This document shows, piece by piece, positions 59,331 through 64,000 of a DNA stretch of 64,000 nucleotides; the first letter of the stretch is position 1, and each line of letters begins with the position of its first letter. The translations under genes and the position numbers were made by a program. Source of the stretch: Alphaproteobacteria bacterium (GTDB lineage Bacteria; Pseudomonadota; Alphaproteobacteria; UBA828); the NCBI GenBank assembly GCA_965214705.1, contig CBDCCI010000002.1, positions 1,952,001 through 2,016,000 on the forward strand, given 5' to 3'. The notes beneath the pieces were generated by a model that ran no database searches, was not told where the DNA came from, and saw nothing but the letters and a program-made list of their open reading frames with translations.

Positions 59331-61370
59331 GTGGGCCGACTGGCGACCGATATCGGCGGGACCTTCACCGATCTCGTCTACTTCGACGAGGAGACCGGCG
59401 CGCTCGGCGTCGCCAAGTCGCTCAGCACGCCGGACGATCTGACGCGGGGCGTGCTCGACACCATCGACCAGGCGGCGCTCGACGCCGACACGGTGGACTA
59501 CTTTGTCCACGGCGGGACAACCGTGATCAACGCCATCACGGAGCGGACGGGCGCGAAGACCGCGCTGGTCACCACCAAGGGCTTTCGCGACGTGCTGGAA
59601 ATCGCGCGCGGCAACCGCCCCGATCTCTACAACCTGCGCTACCGCAAGGAGGTCCCCTTCGTGCCGCGCCGGCTGCGCTTCGAGGTGCGCGAGCGGGTCG
59701 ACGCCAAGGGGCGCATCCGCGTGCCGCTGCATCTCGAAGACCTGGACCGCGTGATCGAGGTGTGCCGCGCCCAAGGCGTGGAGGCCATCGCCATCCAGTT
59801 CCTCCATTCCTACGCCGCGCCCGCGCACGAAGAGGAGACGGCGGCCTATCTGCGTAAGCGGCTCAACGGCGTCGCGATCACCGCCTCTCACGAGATCACC
59901 CGCGAGTGGCGCGAGTACGAGCGCGCCAACACGGCCGTCCTCAACGCCTACGTGCAGCCGATCGTGCAGCGCTACTTCGACACCCTGGAGGCCGGCATCG
60001 ACAGGCTCGGGCTCGACTGCCCGATGATGGCGATGCAGTCGAACGGCGGCACCACGAGCTTCGGCTGGGCCAGGGAACACCCGATCACGCTGCTGGAATC
60101 GGGGCCGGCGGCCGGCGTCAATGGCGCCGCGCTGATCGGCCGGCTCTGCGACGAGCCCGACGTGATCTATCTCGATATCGGCGGCACCACCGCCAAGTGC
60201 TCCACCATCGAGGGCGGCGAGCCCAAGGTCACCACCGATTATCGGCTGGAGGCGACGCGCATCCGCTACGGCTATCCGGTGCGGGTGCCGGTGATCGACA
60301 TCGTGGAGATCGGCGCGGGCGGCGGCTCCATCGCCTGGTTCGACGAGGGCGGCACGCTCTGCGTGGGCCCCCGCAGTGCCGGCGCCGATCCGGGGCCCGC
60401 CTGCTACGACCGCGGCGGAACCGAGCCCACCGTGACCGACGCCAAGCTCATTACCGGCGTGCTCAACCCGGCAAACTTCGCCGGCGGGCAGTTCTCCCTC
60501 GATGTCGGACTGGCGCGGACTGCCATGGGCAAGATCGCCGACGGGTTGGGCTGTAGCGTCGACGAGGCGGCGGTCGCCGTGATCCGCCTGGTCGACGCCA
60601 ACATGATCAACGCGCTCAAGCTGGTCTCGATCCAGCGCGGCCACGATCCCAACGACTTCGCGTTGATGGTGGGCGGCGGCGGCGGCGCCATGCACGGCGC
60701 GAGCCTTGGCCGCGAGCTCGGCGTGAATGAGATCGTGGTGCCGCGCTATCCGGGTCTCTTCTCGGCCTGGGGCATGCTGGCGACCGCGCCCCGCCGGGAT
60801 TTCTTGCGCACGGCGCTCCAGCGTGCGGACACCATGGAGGTAGCAGACCTGCGCGCGCTCTTCGCCGAGCTGCACGAGGAAGCGGAACGCTACTTCGCCT
60901 CCGAAGGCGGGCGCGGCACGTTCACCGCCGCCTGCCATCTCGACATGCGCTATTTCGGGCAGGAGCACGCGGTGACGATCCCCATCAACCTCAATGGGGC
61001 AAGCCGCGCCTCGATCCTCGACGCGTTCCATGCGGCGCACGAGCGCGCCTACACCTTCCGCCTCGCGGAGACGCCGGTCGAGCTCGTGACGTTCCGCCTC
61101 ACCGCAACGGCCGATGTCGCCCGGCCGGAACTGACCCCGTGGACGACGGAAGGGCGCTCGGCAGGCGCGGCGGCGCGGGAGGGGCGCACGGTCGATTTCG
61201 GTGAGGACGGCCGGCACGAGACCCGCGTCTACGACCGCGACCTGCTGCCGCCAGGCTTCGAGGCAGACGGCCCGGTCATCGTCGAGGAGCCGTCGTCCAC
61301 AACCCTGGTCTGCCCCGGCCAGCGCGTCCGGGTGGACGACCTGGGCTTCCTCAGAATCACCGAGGCATGA
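59331..61370 (+). CDS. Hydantoinase/oxoprolinase A subunit
   Basis: DIGGTFTD, TTKGFRDVLEI, REYER, ESGPAAG, DIGGTT, IGAGGGSIA, SAGADPGPACY. Confidence 0.93.
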   Translation: MGRLATDIGGTFTDLVYFDEETGALGVAKSLSTPDDLTRGVLDTIDQAALDADTVDYFVHGGTTVINAITERTGAKTALVTTKGFRDVLEIARGNRPDLYNLRYRKEVPFVPRRLRFEVRERVDAKGRIRVPLHLEDLDRVIEVCRAQGVEAIAIQFLHSYAAPAHEEETAAYLRKRLNGVAITASHEITREWREYERANTAVLNAYVQPIVQRYFDTLEAGIDRLGLDCPMMAMQSNGGTTSFGWAREHPITLLESGPAAGVNGAALIGRLCDEPDVIYLDIGGTTAKCSTIEGGEPKVTTDYRLEATRIRYGYPVRVPVIDIVEIGAGGGSIAWFDEGGTLCVGPRSAGADPGPACYDRGGTEPTVTDAKLITGVLNPANFAGGQFSLDVGLARTAMGKIADGLGCSVDEAAVAVIRLVDANMINALKLVSIQRGHDPNDFALMVGGGGGAMHGASLGRELGVNEIVVPRYPGLFSAWGMLATAPRRDFLRTALQRADTMEVADLRALFAELHEEAERYFASEGGRGTFTAACHLDMRYFGQEHAVTIPINLNGASRASILDAFHAAHERAYTFRLAETPVELVTFRLTATADVARPELTPWTTEGRSAGAAAREGRTVDFGEDGRHETRVYDRDLLPPGFEADGPVIVEEPSSTTLVCPGQRVRVDDLGFLRITEA

Positions 61371-61395
61371 ACCGGCGGTGACCGGGGCTGCTGCC

Positions 61396-62382
61396 ATGCG
61401 CGCCATGGTCTATCGCGGCAATAGTCCCGCGCTCACCCTGGAAGAGCGCCCGGTGCCCGAGCCCCGCGCGGGCGAGGTTCTGGTCCGGGCCTCGGCCTGC
61501 GGGGTCTGCCGCACCGATCTCCACGTGGTGGACGGCGACCTCACCGAGCCCCGGCTCCCCGTCGTGCCGGGGCACGAAATCGTGGGGCGCGTGGCGGCGT
61601 TCGGCCCTGGGGTCGAGCGCTTCAGCGAAGGAGAACGCGTCGGCATCCCCTGGCTCGGCTGGACCTGCGGCACCTGCCGCTATTGCCGGAGCGGCCGGGA
61701 GAACCTGTGCCCGGACGCGCGCTTCACCGGCTACACCCTGGACGGCGGCTACTGCGATTACTGTATCGCCGACGAGCGCTACTGCTTCCCTCTCCCCGGC
61801 GAGCGCGACGACGCGCATTCGGCGCCGCTGCTCTGCGCCGGGCTGATCGGCTACCGCGCGCTCGCGATGGCGGGCGATGCCGAGTGCCTCGGCCTCTACG
61901 GCTTCGGCGCGGCCGCGCACATCATCGCCCAGGTGGCCCGGGCCCAAGGCCGGCGCGTGTTCGCCTTCGTCCGGCCAGGCGATCAAGCAGCGATGAATTT
62001 CGCGCGTGGCCTCGGCGCCGAATGGGCCGGCGCATCGGACGAAGCCCCGCCGGAGGAACTGGACGCCGCTCTGCTGTTTGCGCCCGTCGGCGCCCTGGTC
62101 CCCGCCGCGCTTCGCGCCATCGCGCCGGGCGGCACCGTGGTGAGCGCCGGCATCCACATGAGCGACATTCCCTCGTTCCCCTACGAGTTGCTGTGGCGGG
62201 AGCGGCGCATCGTCTCGGTCGCCAACCTCACGCGGCGCGACGGCGAGAAATTCCTGGCGCTCGCCGCGAAGACGGAAATCGAGATGCACATCGAGCCCAT
62301 GCCGCTCGCGGAGGCCAACCTGGCGCTGGACCGCCTGCGTGCAGGCCGCCTTCAGGGCGCCGCGGTGCTCACGATGGACTGA
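61396..62382 (+). CDS. Zinc-dependent alcohol dehydrogenase family protein
   Basis: CGVCRTDLH, GHEIVG, four-Cys structural zinc site, PLLCAG, YGFGAAA. Confidence 0.93.
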   Translation: MRAMVYRGNSPALTLEERPVPEPRAGEVLVRASACGVCRTDLHVVDGDLTEPRLPVVPGHEIVGRVAAFGPGVERFSEGERVGIPWLGWTCGTCRYCRSGRENLCPDARFTGYTLDGGYCDYCIADERYCFPLPGERDDAHSAPLLCAGLIGYRALAMAGDAECLGLYGFGAAAHIIAQVARAQGRRVFAFVRPGDQAAMNFARGLGAEWAGASDEAPPEELDAALLFAPVGALVPAALRAIAPGGTVVSAGIHMSDIPSFPYELLWRERRIVSVANLTRRDGEKFLALAAKTEIEMHIEPMPLAEANLALDRLRAGRLQGAAVLTMD

Positions 62383-62385
62383 GGC

Positions 62386-63261
62386 TCAGAGAGGCACGCC
62401 CATCTGCGCCATCGTCGCCCACGTCAGATCGCTGTCGGGCTCGCGAAGCTGGTCGGCCATGGTGAAATGATTGAAACCGGGGAGTTCCAGCCGGCTGAGC
62501 GGGTAGCCGTGCGCCTCCCACACCGCCGCCATGGCGTTGGCCTGGCGCTCGTATTCGTCCGATTCGATATCGCCCGAGACCAGCATCAGCGGCGCCGCCA
62601 TCGGGTAGCGCTGCGCCACCGGGCTGTTGCGCCGCGCCTCCGCTTCGTCCATGCCGACCTTGTCGTTGAGGTAGCAGAGGCGGATGGGCTCCAGGTCATA
62701 GATGCCCGAGATCGAGACCGCGCTCTTGATCAGGTCCGCCGGCAGGCCGGCGCCGAAGGCAGGCCAGTCTGTCGCCAGCAGCATGGCGGCGAGGTGGCCC
62801 CCCGCCGACTGGCCGAGCGCGTGGATGCGCCTTGGGTCGCCGCCGATCGACGCGGCGTTGCGCCATACCCAGGCGGCGGCGGCGCGGTTCTGCCGCACGA
62901 TCTCGTCCATGCGGTAGTCGGGCGCGAGGCCGTAGTTGATGACGACGGTGGCCACGCCGTGGGGGCGGCAGCCTTCGGCCACGAAGCTGTCGTGATGCTT
63001 GTCGAGCGAATACCAGTAGCCGCCATGGATCATGATGAGGATCGGGGCGTCATGCCGCTCTGCCGGAAAGATATCGAGAGTCTCGACCGGGAGATCGCCG
63101 TAGGCGACATCCCGCCCGCCTGGCAGCGCCGCGCGGGTCTCCGCGCTCCAAGCCAGCCAGCGGTCGAAGTAGTCGACGTACTCGGGGATGCGCGCGCGGT
63201 TGTTGTACTGCGCGTCCAGCGCCGCCCGATCGTAGCCTCGGTAGATCGCCTCTCCGCTCAT
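62386..63261 (-). CDS. Alpha/beta hydrolase (arylformamidase-like)
   Basis: LDAQYN, IHGGYW, GQSAGGHL, SGIYDL, NHF. Confidence 0.88.
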   Translation of the reverse strand: MSGEAIYRGYDRAALDAQYNNRARIPEYVDYFDRWLAWSAETRAALPGGRDVAYGDLPVETLDIFPAERHDAPILIMIHGGYWYSLDKHHDSFVAEGCRPHGVATVVINYGLAPDYRMDEIVRQNRAAAAWVWRNAASIGGDPRRIHALGQSAGGHLAAMLLATDWPAFGAGLPADLIKSAVSISGIYDLEPIRLCYLNDKVGMDEAEARRNSPVAQRYPMAAPLMLVSGDIESDEYERQANAMAAVWEAHGYPLSRLELPGFNHFTMADQLREPDSDLTWATMAQMGVPL

Positions 63262-63379
63262 CCGGCTCTCCCGATAACTGTCTCCCACGAGTGTAGCCGT
63301 ATTCCGTCCCGGCCATCGACCGCAGCGGTGCGGCACACTACATTACGGGGACGGCGAGTGAAGCGAGAGGGGCACGCCC

Positions 63380-63946
63380 ATGCACCGCATGTTCCGCACG
63401 ATGGTCGCCGCTGCTGCCGCCATCGGCGCAACCTTGTGGATCGGAGTGCCGGCTGCGCAAGCCGCCTCCATCGGGGGTCCCTTCGAGCTCGTCGACCACA
63501 CCGGACAGACGGCCACCGAAGAAAGCTTCGACGACCGCTACCTGCTGGTCTATTTCGGCTACGCCTACTGCCCGGACATCTGCCCGACGGAGCTGCTCAT
63601 CATGGGCCAGGCAGTGGACGAGCTCGGCGACCTCGGCAACGAGGTCCAGCCGCTCTTCATCACGGTCGATCCCGCGCGCGATACGGTCGAATACCTGGCC
63701 GATTACGTGCCCTCGTTCCACCCACGCCTGATCGGGCTGACGGGCAGCGACGAGCAAATTCACGCCGCGGCCAAGGCCTACCGCGTCTTCTATCGGCTCA
63801 ACGAGCCGGACGAAGACGGCGCCTATCTGGTCGATCACACGTCCTACATCTATTTCATGGACCCCGACGGCGACTATCTGACCCACTTCGTCTTCGGCCA
63901 GGGGCCGGAGAAGATGGCGGAGATCATCCGCAAGCACCTGGATTGA
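63380..63946 (+). CDS. SCO1/SenC copper chaperone
   Basis: IGGPFELVDH, FGYAYCPDICP, ITVDPARD, YLVDH. Confidence 0.95.
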   Translation: MHRMFRTMVAAAAAIGATLWIGVPAAQAASIGGPFELVDHTGQTATEESFDDRYLLVYFGYAYCPDICPTELLIMGQAVDELGDLGNEVQPLFITVDPARDTVEYLADYVPSFHPRLIGLTGSDEQIHAAAKAYRVFYRLNEPDEDGAYLVDHTSYIYFMDPDGDYLTHFVFGQGPEKMAEIIRKHLD

Positions 63947-64000
63947 GCAGGCGGAACCAGGCGGGCGAATGGCGGATTCGGGGAGCAGCGCCGCCGCTAT

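Overview
High-GC alphaproteobacterial chromosome segment (Rhodospirillales-like gene content; taxonomy inferred from protein signatures). Core blocks are aroA-cmk-rpsA-sppA-ihfB-lapA-trpF, tRNA-Ala(GGC), metY, purB, tRNA-Gln(TTG), dnaE-rpsB-tsf-pyrH-frr-uppS and rpmG. They are interleaved with transport and catabolic genes: three ABC importer loci, a TRAP transporter, a TonB receptor coupled to a sphingomyelinase-like enzyme, an ACL-racemase-like enzyme with an amidase, a 4-pyridoxolactonase-like enzyme with a BMP-type ABC importer, SulP, an acyl-CoA ligase, an aquaporin and an orphan hydantoinase A. No transposase, integrase or CRISPR array is visible. The most unusual signal is a ~90-nt four-hairpin element present twice (16925-17014 and 53162-53250). 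Its stems covary between the copies, and its loops read on the minus strand as C-GNA-G DNA mini-hairpins, one with tandem sheared G.A pairs. The second copy heads a cassette with a G-quadruplex-forming tract, a duplicated element end and a solitary Mu gp27-like (DUF3486) gene whose extra tail carries 10/20-bp phased repeats. All family calls come from motif recognition, not database searches.
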